52,863 nucleotides of DNA from a virus (taxonomy: Duplodnaviria > Caudoviricetes): positions 1 through 52,863 of IMG/VR virus record IMGVR_UViG_3300006120_000477; one strand, 5' to 3'. Positions 44,325 to 52,863 of the stretch are shown here, piece by piece; the first letter of the stretch is position 1; each line of letters opens with the position of its first letter. The position numbers and the translations under genes were made by a program. The notes beneath the pieces are model-generated. The model was not told the DNA's origin, did not search any database, and was given only the letters and a program-made list of their open reading frames with translations.

Positions 44325-46841
44325 TTAAACAAAGAATGCATCCAAAGTATTTTGTTTTTCTGCATTCCAATCAATTGTATTGAGAATAATATCCAGAGGG
44401 TCTAGATAGGTCTTCTCAAATTGTTTATTATAGTCAATGTATTTTTCTAGATCAAATTCTGATGGGATTTCTCCGGGAGAAGCAAGAACATTAGAGTGAT
44501 ATGGGTTTGGTTGCTTCAGATATACAAATTTAATCTTATCACCATTTGTGATAGTTTCATATTTGCCATGAAGTTTATATTTCTCCACCAATCTGTTATA
44601 TAACAGACTTCCTTTAACATGGATTGGACACCCTAAGGGAAATTCTCCATCTTTGGTTTTATACTTAGAAATATCAGAAATTCCTCTTGGGAATGCAATA
44701 TATTCAAACTTCATTTTACTAAATTCTGATCTAAATGTCTTGATATATTCCTGAAGGGTTTCTTCGTCTTTGTTCATGATGAGACTTAAAGCATTTTTCA
44801 ATGCGTCCCGACATGCCTGAGGTGTTGAAGATTTAATGGCCTCAATTCCAGTCATCTTCAATTTACCAGTCTGATATGTAACCCCCTCCTGATACCAGAC
44901 ATTCATGATATAACGCTTCTTACCAGTCCAGATAGCCTTATCTGCAATACACTCCAATTTCATTCTCATTTTCTGTTGATATGCAGACATTCTATTAGCA
45001 AGATGTTGATATGAATTATCAATAAATGGATTTATCTTTTGATCACAAACTTTCTCAAGCCAAGATACGATTTTTTTAGTATCACTTTGATCTTCAAAAA
45101 CTGCATCAACTAAATCACTAAGATTTAAGTAGCAAGAATCTGTGTCATTTGCAACCACTCTATCCACATTATTGGTTTCACAAATCTTGTTTAGGTATTC
45201 ATTAAGACGATCAGAGACCCATCGAATAGAAAGCTGCCCTGAAATGGTAATCGCTTCAGCATGATTAATATCAAACCAATTGAAGAATCTGTTTCCTAAA
45301 GCTCCGTAAGCAGAGTTTAACAAAATTTTAAAAGCCATCTGAAGATTATTCAGACGAGAAATTTCTTTCTCAAGGTTCTTGTCTTTTGTCTTCTCATATT
45401 CCTTCTTAACTGATATCATTTCTTTCTTGTAAATAGATCGGTTAGAATACATACTTTCCATCAAAGCAGGAAGAAACCCTTGCTTATCTTTTCGATACAT
45501 GCATCCATTTGCTGCATATGAACACCCAGAATTAGGATCAACCAGATCTAGATTATAATCTTTATCCAAAAGTTGATCAATGCTGTAAAATGAGGGAAGT
45601 CGTTTTACAAATGTATCTGGTGAAATATTATATCCCATAATAAGATGTGGATATAGACTGTCAAGATCGAATGAGGTTACCCACCGATGCATTCCTGTCT
45701 GAACTTCTTTGACATATCCACCCGCATATTCCATTGCTGAATTATGTTTCTTCTGTGGAACAACTCGGCATCGTTCCATCAAATAATTATGAATAATCAC
45801 TTCCCAGATTTTAACTGTACCCAAAACATCTACATAATTAACTTTACCCAAATATGCAATAGTAAAGACCAACTCAATGAGTCCCATCTTATCTTCAAGC
45901 ATATCCACTAGAGTTACGTCATGCACATTGTATTCGCAAAAAAGTTGAAAGTTACGATCATGAAGATCATTTAGGCTAGTATAACCAGCATCTCGATAAT
46001 CTATCTTATTTTGACCAAGTTCTACAAAGGCAATATGATCTAGACGGTAAGATTCCTGACTTGAATACGTAAACTTCTTATATAGTTCAAGATAATCAAG
46101 AATTGCAATACCACGAAGTTCATAAGAAGTTACAACCTTACCCCGGATCTCAGTATCATATGGACAAATAATTCCCCATGGGCTAAGTTTATTCGCCGCC
46201 TCTTGTCCAAGAATCCTTACAATTCTGCCAACTAGATATGGTACGTCATACCCATTTACGTTCCACCCGGTAACTACATCTGGGCTATATTCAACAGAAT
46301 TCCAAATCTCTAAGAATACTTGAAGAAGATGCTCTTCATCCTTACATCTAATATATTTGATATTTGGGTCATCAGTAGTGAACTCACCGCAGCCCATAAC
46401 AGTTTTCTTACCAGAACGACTAATCGTAATGGCTGTTACTTCATTAGGAGTAGTCTGAATAGATGTGGCAATATCTTCTTCACCAACTCGGTTTTCAATG
46501 TCAATGCTGCATACAGAAATTGTGGAGGGATCATATTTAATTTCTCCACGATAATTATCAAACACATAATTGTATGCCCAATTAGTCTGCCCATACACAT
46601 TAAAATTGTCTACATCTTCATATTGCTTGGAAAATTCACGGGCGTCATAGATGGAATCGAAATCCAACTTCTCTACAACCTGATCGTGGATTGTCCGATA
46701 TTTTGATTCAGAATCTTCTTCCTTAGAAGGCACAAAAAGATATGGTTTATAATATTCCTTCTTGGCAAAAGATTTGCCATTATCATATCCACGAAGGTAA
46801 ATATAATTTCCCTTTTGAAAAACATTAGTATAAAATTTCAT
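44325..46841 (-). CDS. 43: DNA polymerase family B (gp43), uninterrupted
   Basis: DIE exonuclease, SFDLDSLYP, KILLNSAYG, NDTDS, KKRY. Confidence 0.96.
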   Translation of the reverse strand: MKFYTNVFQKGNYIYLRGYDNGKSFAKKEYYKPYLFVPSKEEDSESKYRTIHDQVVEKLDFDSIYDAREFSKQYEDVDNFNVYGQTNWAYNYVFDNYRGEIKYDPSTISVCSIDIENRVGEEDIATSIQTTPNEVTAITISRSGKKTVMGCGEFTTDDPNIKYIRCKDEEHLLQVFLEIWNSVEYSPDVVTGWNVNGYDVPYLVGRIVRILGQEAANKLSPWGIICPYDTEIRGKVVTSYELRGIAILDYLELYKKFTYSSQESYRLDHIAFVELGQNKIDYRDAGYTSLNDLHDRNFQLFCEYNVHDVTLVDMLEDKMGLIELVFTIAYLGKVNYVDVLGTVKIWEVIIHNYLMERCRVVPQKKHNSAMEYAGGYVKEVQTGMHRWVTSFDLDSLYPHLIMGYNISPDTFVKRLPSFYSIDQLLDKDYNLDLVDPNSGCSYAANGCMYRKDKQGFLPALMESMYSNRSIYKKEMISVKKEYEKTKDKNLEKEISRLNNLQMAFKILLNSAYGALGNRFFNWFDINHAEAITISGQLSIRWVSDRLNEYLNKICETNNVDRVVANDTDSCYLNLSDLVDAVFEDQSDTKKIVSWLEKVCDQKINPFIDNSYQHLANRMSAYQQKMRMKLECIADKAIWTGKKRYIMNVWYQEGVTYQTGKLKMTGIEAIKSSTPQACRDALKNALSLIMNKDEETLQEYIKTFRSEFSKMKFEYIAFPRGISDISKYKTKDGEFPLGCPIHVKGSLLYNRLVEKYKLHGKYETITNGDKIKFVYLKQPNPYHSNVLASPGEIPSEFDLEKYIDYNKQFEKTYLDPLDIILNTIDWNAEKQNTLDAFFV

Positions 46842-46898
46842 TTGTTCTCCTATCGAATGTAAACGCAACCATATCATATAAAACGGAATATGTAAATA

Positions 46899-46925
46899 TA
46901 TAAATAGACGGCCTAATTATAAATA
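46899..46925 (+). promoter_or_regulatory. Tandem late promoters for the lysis cassette
   Basis: TATAAATA at 46899-46906 and 46918-46925. Confidence 0.75.
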
Positions 46926-46937
46926 TGGAGATTTATT

Positions 46938-47456
46938 ATGCCTCAGGCAACTATAATCAAATATCTTGTGTCCGGTATTATTGGTCTAGGTATCATCATT
47001 GCTGCCTTCTTTTATGGACTACATCTAGGAAAACTAGACGGACAAAAACAAATTGATGAACTCAACACAAAACTGATAACACAACAGGATCAGTATGAGA
47101 ACGAATTGAGTGAGAAGAAAGTTCAAATAGTAACACAATATGTTGATAGATGGCATACCATCAAGGAGAATCATGATGAAAATTCAAATATTATTCAAAA
47201 CAATGTTCCTGCCGGTAATATCCTTAGCCTTGGCTTCGTGTACACCCACAATTCAGCCGCCAGTAATACAAAGGCTGATCGTACCGCAGCAGCTAACGCA
47301 GCGCCCTCAGGCGTTAGAGACAATCAAGCTCTCGCCACCATCAACGACAACTACGCCCAATATTATCAATGTGTCAACCAAGTAAACGCTTTACTCGATC
47401 TTATTGATGCACACAACAAAACTATTGATGATATAAACAAAGGAGTCAAGAAATGA
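46938..47456 (+). CDS. Rz-like inner-membrane spanin
   Basis: N-terminal TM, coiled coil, C-terminal NY..Y.QC; next to endolysin. Confidence 0.7.
   Translation: MPQATIIKYLVSGIIGLGIIIAAFFYGLHLGKLDGQKQIDELNTKLITQQDQYENELSEKKVQIVTQYVDRWHTIKENHDENSNIIQNNVPAGNILSLGFVYTHNSAASNTKADRTAAANAAPSGVRDNQALATINDNYAQYYQCVNQVNALLDLIDAHNKTIDDINKGVKK
47173..47385 (+). CDS. Rz1-like outer-membrane spanin lipoprotein fully embedded in the i-spanin gene
   Basis: AAGGAG at 47163, ATG 47173, lipobox LASC, Pro-rich mature part, +1 frame. Confidence 0.7.
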   Translation: MMKIQILFKTMFLPVISLALASCTPTIQPPVIQRLIVPQQLTQRPQALETIKLSPPSTTTTPNIINVSTK

Positions 47457-47632
47457 TCAACTATCTAAAGAAAATCTGGGAAGCCATCAAGGCTTTCTTC
47501 ACAAAAGAAAAGACAACTCTGATTGAAGATTTCAAGAAAATCGAGGCTGAAGCCAAGACCGTGGAAGCAGAAGTTGTGGCTGAAGTGAAGAAGGTTGTCA
47601 GCAGGAAGAAAAAGACTGATGGCAGCAAATAA
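47453..47632 (+). CDS. Small amphipathic/charged protein (59 aa) in the lysis cassette
   Basis: Manual ORF MINYLKKIWEAIKAFFTKE...; AAGGAG SD, ATGA coupling. Confidence 0.65.
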   Translation: MINYLKKIWEAIKAFFTKEKTTLIEDFKKIEAEAKTVEAEVVAEVKKVVSRKKKTDGSK

Positions 47633-48137
47633 CTTTGAAAACTGTCTAAAAGTCACTCTCAAATATGAGGGTGGCTTTGTGAATGATCCTGAGGATCCGG
47701 GCGGAATGACAAATATGGGTGTTACTCAGAAAACATACAGTCAATGGATCAAACATTCTGCATCAAAAGTAGAAATGCTAGGTCTAACACCAGATAAAGT
47801 TTCTCCTCTTTATAAAGCATATTTTTGGGATTTGGTAAAAGGAGATATTCTTCCTAAAGGCCTTGACCTGTGTATATTTGACTTTGATGTCAATGGAGGA
47901 GTTCATTCTGCTAAGGCTCTGCAAACACTTGTTGGAGCAACAACAGACGGTCACATAGGTGACGGAACAATCGGCAAACTAAACTCATATATTGCCGCAT
48001 ATGGTGTGGATAAAGCAATCGCAGGATTTCAAGATTTACGCGCACAATATTACCATACGCTATCAAAGTTTGATAGATATGGTGCGGGTTGGATTAGAAG
48101 AACCAACGAGATAAAAGACATAGCACTAAAAATGTGA
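47619..48137 (+). CDS. Endolysin, glycoside hydrolase family 108
   Basis: YEGGFVNDPEDPGGMTNMGVT, FDFDVNGG, DGHIG..T, GWIRR. Confidence 0.9.
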   Translation: MAANNFENCLKVTLKYEGGFVNDPEDPGGMTNMGVTQKTYSQWIKHSASKVEMLGLTPDKVSPLYKAYFWDLVKGDILPKGLDLCIFDFDVNGGVHSAKALQTLVGATTDGHIGDGTIGKLNSYIAAYGVDKAIAGFQDLRAQYYHTLSKFDRYGAGWIRRTNEIKDIALKM

Positions 48138-48165
48138 AGAGGGGATTTCTCCCCTCTTCTTTTTT
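48136..48165 (+). terminator. Rho-independent terminator
   Basis: GAAGAGGGGA-TTTC-TCCCCTCTTC-T6. Confidence 0.85.
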
Positions 48166-48266
48166 GTTAAATGATTGGTTGAATAATATATGCGCCCATA
48201 AAAAGACACAACGCAATAATTGTCCACGCACAAGTGTGCGAAACTAAAACGATGTTACTTGACATA

Positions 48267-48758
48267 TTACTTAACCTTCTCTGATTTATCTGCAATATCA
48301 ATCTTGCGGGGCTTCTTATGCTCAGGAATTACATATTCCAGACCAACACGAAGAATGCCATTTAGAAGATCTGCACCTTTAATCTCGACATGATCTGCGA
48401 GTGTGAACTGACGAGTGAAAGGTCGCATAGCAAGGCCTTGATAGATAAATTGTGGCCAAGTCCACTCACCCTTTGAATCTTGTTCTGCTGGTTCTCCAGA
48501 ACCTACATTACCCTTGATGACTAGCTTACCATCAGCCAGTTCAAGTTCAATATCTTGCTTTCCGAAACCAGCAACTGCCATTTCAATGACATATCGATTA
48601 TCGTCAACTTTTTTAATATTATATGGAGGATAGTTTTGAGCAAGCTTTGCTGTTTGCTCTGCGGCTTCTGATAGTTTTTGAACTAGTGGATCAAAGCCAA
48701 CAAAAAATCGGTCAAATTCCTTTGGAAGGAAGTTATGACGAAAGTCCCATGTAGTCAT
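48267..48758 (-). CDS. hsp20: Small heat-shock protein (Hsp20/IbpA)
   Basis: NYPPYNI, MAVAGF, GLAMRPFTRQF, NGIL. Confidence 0.92.
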   Translation of the reverse strand: MTTWDFRHNFLPKEFDRFFVGFDPLVQKLSEAAEQTAKLAQNYPPYNIKKVDDNRYVIEMAVAGFGKQDIELELADGKLVIKGNVGSGEPAEQDSKGEWTWPQFIYQGLAMRPFTRQFTLADHVEIKGADLLNGILRVGLEYVIPEHKKPRKIDIADKSEKVK

Positions 48759-48815
48759 ATTATTTCTCCTATTTAAGCGAGTTTGCGTTTCCCTATCCCA
48801 TTAGGCGATAGAGGT
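48759..48815 (-). promoter_or_regulatory. ROSE-like RNA thermometer leader
   Basis: CTCGCTT-AAAT-AGGAG (U(U/C)GCU opposite the SD) preceded by a CTATC/GATAG hairpin. Confidence 0.55.
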
Positions 48816-48847
48816 AGGATGTTAAGGTACATCCTACAAAACCATTC

Positions 48848-49249
48848 TTATTTATGCGTTCCGATTGAATATTTAGACTGCAAATTCCAATTTTTCTTAT
48901 CTTTATATGAAACAATTTTTAAATAAGATACAGGAACAACCGGCTCCTTTGTCTTGTCTTTATTGATAATTTCTACTAAACCCCAATCATCGAGTAAATT
49001 GGCGATAGTATTTAATCTTGCCTGATCATTTTCAGAGAAGTTACTGGGTTTCCCATCAAGTTTGAACATCTGAAGAAAATGCATAATAGCATATCTTCCT
49101 TGCTTATGCAATATATGGCACGATTGAAAAAGCGTATTATCTTTTTTGGAGGCAACACCAATTCTAGTCAGAGTTTCTTTTATCACCAGAAAATCATCTG
49201 GGTCGAGTAATCTTATTTCTACACCTAAACCCTTAAAAATATCGTCCAT
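48848..49249 (-). CDS. regA: Translational repressor RegA
   Basis: DDFLVIKETLTRIGVAS..QSCHILHKQGRY. Confidence 0.93.
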   Translation of the reverse strand: MDDIFKGLGVEIRLLDPDDFLVIKETLTRIGVASKKDNTLFQSCHILHKQGRYAIMHFLQMFKLDGKPSNFSENDQARLNTIANLLDDWGLVEIINKDKTKEPVVPVSYLKIVSYKDKKNWNLQSKYSIGTHK

Positions 49250-49254
49250 TAGTT

Positions 49255-49647
49255 TTATACCCCGCCAGTATCGGTCTTTTTCTTTATCTCTGAGATCTGG
49301 TCAGCAGTTAAATACTTGATAGTTTCTTCTGCTCTCCGCAAACTATACCCGAAATAATCTGATATAGCATGAACTTCATCAGAAGTAATATGTTTTGACT
49401 GCTTAGTGAATCTCTTACGCTTACTGATACTATTTATGAGATAATCAAATGCCATCTGGTTAGGAAGAAAAGAATACTTATTCATCTCTGATGCATATAG
49501 TGCAGTATCTGGAAAATATGAAAAGGTTTTATTAGTTAACCATGGCTGATATTCTTTCTCATCCAATTCCGGATTATCAGAGTTTCTAATAATATCCTTT
49601 TTATTATATGAAATATCATTAATATAGTCGAAAGGATTAATAGTCAT
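49255..49647 (-). CDS. 62: Clamp loader small subunit (gp62)
   Basis: PFDYIN, ASEMN, SKRKRF, YFGYS; synteny. Confidence 0.88.
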   Translation of the reverse strand: MTINPFDYINDISYNKKDIIRNSDNPELDEKEYQPWLTNKTFSYFPDTALYASEMNKYSFLPNQMAFDYLINSISKRKRFTKQSKHITSDEVHAISDYFGYSLRRAEETIKYLTADQISEIKKKTDTGGV

Positions 49648-50579
49648 TTGAATGATACGCTTGCCATAATCTCCAGAACACATGCTGCCAAATTAATCTC
49701 AGCATTAGCCACGAATGCGTGTTGATATTGATAACGAGCAAGGATTAAAACTAATTCTGGAATACTCTGTGGAACAACAAAATCATGCATATTATCATAT
49801 AGGCTCTTAAACAGAGAATCAACATCAGTATCTGAATTCTCGCCAACCCACTTACGAGCATTCGGCCAATCTTTATTCTTAAGATGGTTTACTAGAGACT
49901 TAAACGATTCTTCAGAAAAGTTTACAAGGATTCCCTCATCAATCTTGCCTACAACAGAATATCGTTGAAGTTCGTTTAGAACTCGTCGCCAGTCTGGATA
50001 ATGTTGTGTGATAACAGAGGCAATAACCTTCTTTTCATACTCAACCCCTTCCTTATCCAAAATTCCACAGACCCGTTTTAGGAACTGAGATGCCAGAGAA
50101 GGAAGATCAGACTTCTTGATCTTAAAATCAATTACAGAACAGCGAGAATGAAGTGGCTCAATAATTCGATTCTTAAAATTGCAAGTCATAATAAACCCAC
50201 AATTACTAGAATACTCTTCCATGAAATTACGAAGTGCTGCTTGAGTCTGCGGGGTCAGATAGTCGCTTTCATCAATAATGATATACCTACGGCCACCATA
50301 AAAACTTACTGCTGATGCATAATTCTTAATTTCATTACGAAGAGTATCAATGTTTCCGTTCATAGACCCATTGATAACAATATAATCGCAATGTAGTTCT
50401 TCTAGCATCGCCTTAGCCACAGTTGTCTTGCCGCAACCAGAAGACCCAGAAAGCAAAAGGTTAGGAATATTCTTCTGTTCTACAAATTGCTGAAACGTGT
50501 TCTTTAGATTTTCTGGTAGAATGCAGTCTTCAATCTTCTGTGGTCGATAATCTTCCGACCACAAATAATTATCGCGCAT
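49644..50579 (-). CDS. 44: Clamp loader large subunit (gp44)
   Basis: YRPQ, GSSGCGKTT, IDESD, LHSRC. Confidence 0.93.
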   Translation of the reverse strand: MRDNYLWSEDYRPQKIEDCILPENLKNTFQQFVEQKNIPNLLLSGSSGCGKTTVAKAMLEELHCDYIVINGSMNGNIDTLRNEIKNYASAVSFYGGRRYIIIDESDYLTPQTQAALRNFMEEYSSNCGFIMTCNFKNRIIEPLHSRCSVIDFKIKKSDLPSLASQFLKRVCGILDKEGVEYEKKVIASVITQHYPDWRRVLNELQRYSVVGKIDEGILVNFSEESFKSLVNHLKNKDWPNARKWVGENSDTDVDSLFKSLYDNMHDFVVPQSIPELVLILARYQYQHAFVANAEINLAACVLEIMASVSFK

Positions 50580-50664
50580 AATAAATCTCCATAATAAAAA
50601 GCAGAAGCATCAACGGTGGTACAGGCACCTACGCTTCCGAGTCTTCCTGTACTACATCACATAT

Positions 50665-51330
50665 TTATTCAAAAGAACTGGAATCTGCCTCAAGACATAC
50701 CCAATATGTAATATCATCTCCAGTAAATCGGGAAATAAGCTTAGATGAAATATCTACCTGATAATTTCCAGAAATAAGCTTAGAAAGATATTCAGGCTTA
50801 ATTACCGCAACGAATGTCTGATCAGTTTCTCCAAGTTCAATATCAAACTTATTGGTTCCAACATCCTTGGTATTAATTGCTCGAATATAGAGCTTTCCGT
50901 CTTCGCCAGCAACAGCAATTTCTGGAAGACCAAGAACTCCGGTTGCCTTAATTACTGATGAAAGATCTTCTGACTTTAGTTCAAAAGAAACTTCTGGATT
51001 AGGAAAATTAATTTCCTTTGATGGGACTGTAACCTTAATCATAGATTCATCAGCAAATCGAAATACAACTTTCTGCCGACCAGAACTAATTACTGCATCA
51101 CTATCACGCAATTCAATTTCTGCATCCTTGAGCATCGAAAGAGTGGCAAGGAACTGAGGTAGATCATAGATGCAAAACATCTTCTCAAAATCTTCCTCGA
51201 TAGAAGTCTTTGCGAGAATATTCTTTGTTGGTGAGATTGTTGACAGAGTGCTTCCTTGATTAATCTTAATACTAGGATTAATCGTTGAAAAACTCTTTAG
51301 AATACTCAGGGTCTTTTCACTTAATTTCAT
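50665..51330 (-). CDS. 45: Sliding clamp (gp45)
   Basis: MKLSEKTLSILKSFSTIN, IYDLPQFL; synteny. Confidence 0.9.
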   Translation of the reverse strand: MKLSEKTLSILKSFSTINPSIKINQGSTLSTISPTKNILAKTSIEEDFEKMFCIYDLPQFLATLSMLKDAEIELRDSDAVISSGRQKVVFRFADESMIKVTVPSKEINFPNPEVSFELKSEDLSSVIKATGVLGLPEIAVAGEDGKLYIRAINTKDVGTNKFDIELGETDQTFVAVIKPEYLSKLISGNYQVDISSKLISRFTGDDITYWVCLEADSSSFE

Positions 51331-51351
51331 AATATACTCCATGTTATAAGA

Positions 51352-51388
51352 AGAGGGCCAGTATATTGTATCTGGCCCTCTGTGTCAA
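51352..51388 (-). promoter_or_regulatory. Sigma70-like promoter overlapping a 10-bp hairpin
   Basis: TTGACA-N17-TATACT; AGAGGGCCAG/CTGGCCCTCT. Confidence 0.65.
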
Positions 51389-51393
51389 TAGTT

Positions 51394-52356
51394 TTATGCC
51401 TTCTTCCCCAACTTTCCCGGATCAGCGGTGGCACTGACACCGATGCTGGCAATATCGGCAAGAGAACCGGAAAAAGTATAGGTCCCAGTATGGGCTAACT
51501 TAATCCAAGGACACAGCCATACCTTCAGACCAATCTTTCTGGCGCGTTGGCAGAAGAAATAATCTTCTGATAGATATCTCTTAGAATACTTATGACCAAA
51601 TGCAGAATTTTCAGTATCATCGACAAAATCAATAATATCATCTGGAGTTGCCTTAGGATTGTTCTTTAGGAACTCTCTCATCTCAGTACGAATGTGAGTG
51701 TGCTTATTATCAATAGCAGCATCAAATGCCATACAGATTTCACGAGAACCATCAAATGCGGCTGTGCGAACATGATCAGGCTTATACATCAGTTCTGGAT
51801 GTCCTGCGACAAAAGTTTCGAGTGCCTTACGACTAATCATCATAAAGCCTGTGCCAGACTCTAGAACCTCTTCTGGTTGGTCTAGACGAATCGATGCCTT
51901 GCCACCTGCTGGATTGAAAACATAATCACCAACAAACTTTTCTAGAACATTTGGATCCTGATCGGCTACACCCATGTCACAAGCCTGCTTGATCTTTTCC
52001 CACGAAATGCACTTCTTGGGGTATGGAGCAGCCAGAACATCATATTCGGATTCATCCGTCATAAGTGCAAGCATACCAATAACATCATTTGCATCAAACG
52101 AAATGTCAGAGTCAATGAATAGCAGATGGCTACAGTCCGAACGAAGGAACTCATCACAAATATAAGCACGGGCACGAGTGATAAGGCTTTCATTGAAAAG
52201 ATAGTAGAACCGAATATTGATGCCATAATGGGCACCTAGTGCGGTTAGATCATTTGATGACTTAGTGAAGTTCCCAAAACATTGGCCCGCATACATGGGG
52301 ACTCCGCAGAATATAGACTTCTTCCGAAGTTCCTCGATTGAAACACTAATTTCCAT
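51394..52356 (-). CDS. GT-A fold glycosyltransferase-like protein
   Basis: NESLITRAR, LFIDSD (DxD), GTGFM, YLSEDYFFC, L.HTG. Confidence 0.7.
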   Translation of the reverse strand: MEISVSIEELRKKSIFCGVPMYAGQCFGNFTKSSNDLTALGAHYGINIRFYYLFNESLITRARAYICDEFLRSDCSHLLFIDSDISFDANDVIGMLALMTDESEYDVLAAPYPKKCISWEKIKQACDMGVADQDPNVLEKFVGDYVFNPAGGKASIRLDQPEEVLESGTGFMMISRKALETFVAGHPELMYKPDHVRTAAFDGSREICMAFDAAIDNKHTHIRTEMREFLKNNPKATPDDIIDFVDDTENSAFGHKYSKRYLSEDYFFCQRARKIGLKVWLCPWIKLAHTGTYTFSGSLADIASIGVSATADPGKLGKKA

Positions 52357-52405
52357 ATTTATTTATTCTCCATTTTTGCAAAATTGCCATTATGATCTCT
52401 TGCGA

Positions 52406-52861
52406 TCAATCTTCCTTATTATGTTCTAAATCGTGGATAAAGAGGGTGATGATACCATAATGAACGACTTTCATTAGGTCCTTACGCCAATCTTCAGGAG
52501 TTCCCTTTTGACCGTATCTACCTGAATACTTGTCAACATTACCTAGACAGAAGTGCAATCCTCTGCCACGATCAATAGCGATTTCTGTTGATTGGATCTT
52601 GCCTTTGGAATAATGTTCGCCGTATGTGCCGTCGATATATTCGGCAATCTCTTGAAGAATCTTATCCTCGTTGTATTTATAGTTGATTTTAGAATGGGAT
52701 TCTGAACCCGCCTGTGTGCTACGTTCCATCTTGTCAAATAATCTCTTATTGAGATCTTGAACATATTTCTTTGTTTGCTCATTGTCAAAACCGACTGTAT
52801 TGTGGTGATTCATCTTCTCCTCCCTATCATCATTTTCCTCATAATATTTGTAAGCACTCAC
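52406..52861 (-). CDS. DUF3310-like (T7 gp1.7-related) protein; start uncertain near window edge
   Basis: HY...IQ..E..FCLGNVDKY..RYG.K..DLMK..HY. Confidence 0.65.
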   Translation of the reverse strand: MSAYKYYEENDDREEKMNHHNTVGFDNEQTKKYVQDLNKRLFDKMERSTQAGSESHSKINYKYNEDKILQEIAEYIDGTYGEHYSKGKIQSTEIAIDRGRGLHFCLGNVDKYSGRYGQKGTPEDWRKDLMKVVHYGIITLFIHDLEHNKED

Positions 52862-52863
52862 TT

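Noticed and set aside
44325-46841. Split or intein-containing DNA polymerase
   Set aside because: The ORF is continuous with all family B motifs at normal spacing.
48130-48265. Short hydrophobic minus-strand ORF after hsp20
   Set aside because: No clear SD, and it runs through the terminator into the endolysin antisense strand; unsupported.
4068-52165. Numerous 60-140 aa plus-strand ORFs opposite recognised genes
   Set aside because: Antisense shadows of well-supported minus-strand genes, without SD or recognisable motifs.
1-52863. CRISPR array, integrase, IS transposase or rRNA
   Set aside because: No regularly spaced repeats or such genes were seen; the three leader copies are dispersed, not arrayed.

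Overview
A 52.9 kb segment of an AT-rich, T4-like (Tevenvirinae-related) myophage genome. The embedded spanin pair points to a Gram-negative host. Almost all genes are on the minus strand. From left to right: a sugar module (GmhA, HddA-type kinase, GT4 glycosyltransferase, GalE-like epimerase); glutaredoxin, an N6-adenine methyltransferase and PhoH; proteases and a T5 A1-like protein; a tRNA region (8 standard-elbow tRNAs, 1 aberrant tRNA-Asn-like RNA and several unexplained structured RNAs); nucleotide metabolism (dCMP deaminase, nrdB, nrdA, thyX); primase; a late block of probable head-cargo proteins including Dps; gp41, uvsX and gp43; a plus-strand lysis cassette; and hsp20, regA, gp62, gp44 and gp45. 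Three things stand out. (1) Three essential genes are fractured in different ways: gp41 by a gp41-1-type split intein around an HNH gene, nrdA into two ORFs around a GIY-YIG gene, and nrdB by both a group I intron and a separate stop-restart split. (2) A covarying ~60-nt structured leader follows a late promoter in front of three antisense free-standing endonuclease genes from two unrelated nuclease families. (3) The tRNA region holds non-canonical tRNAs and candidate ncRNAs. All calls come from reading motifs by eye; no database searches or folding programs were run.
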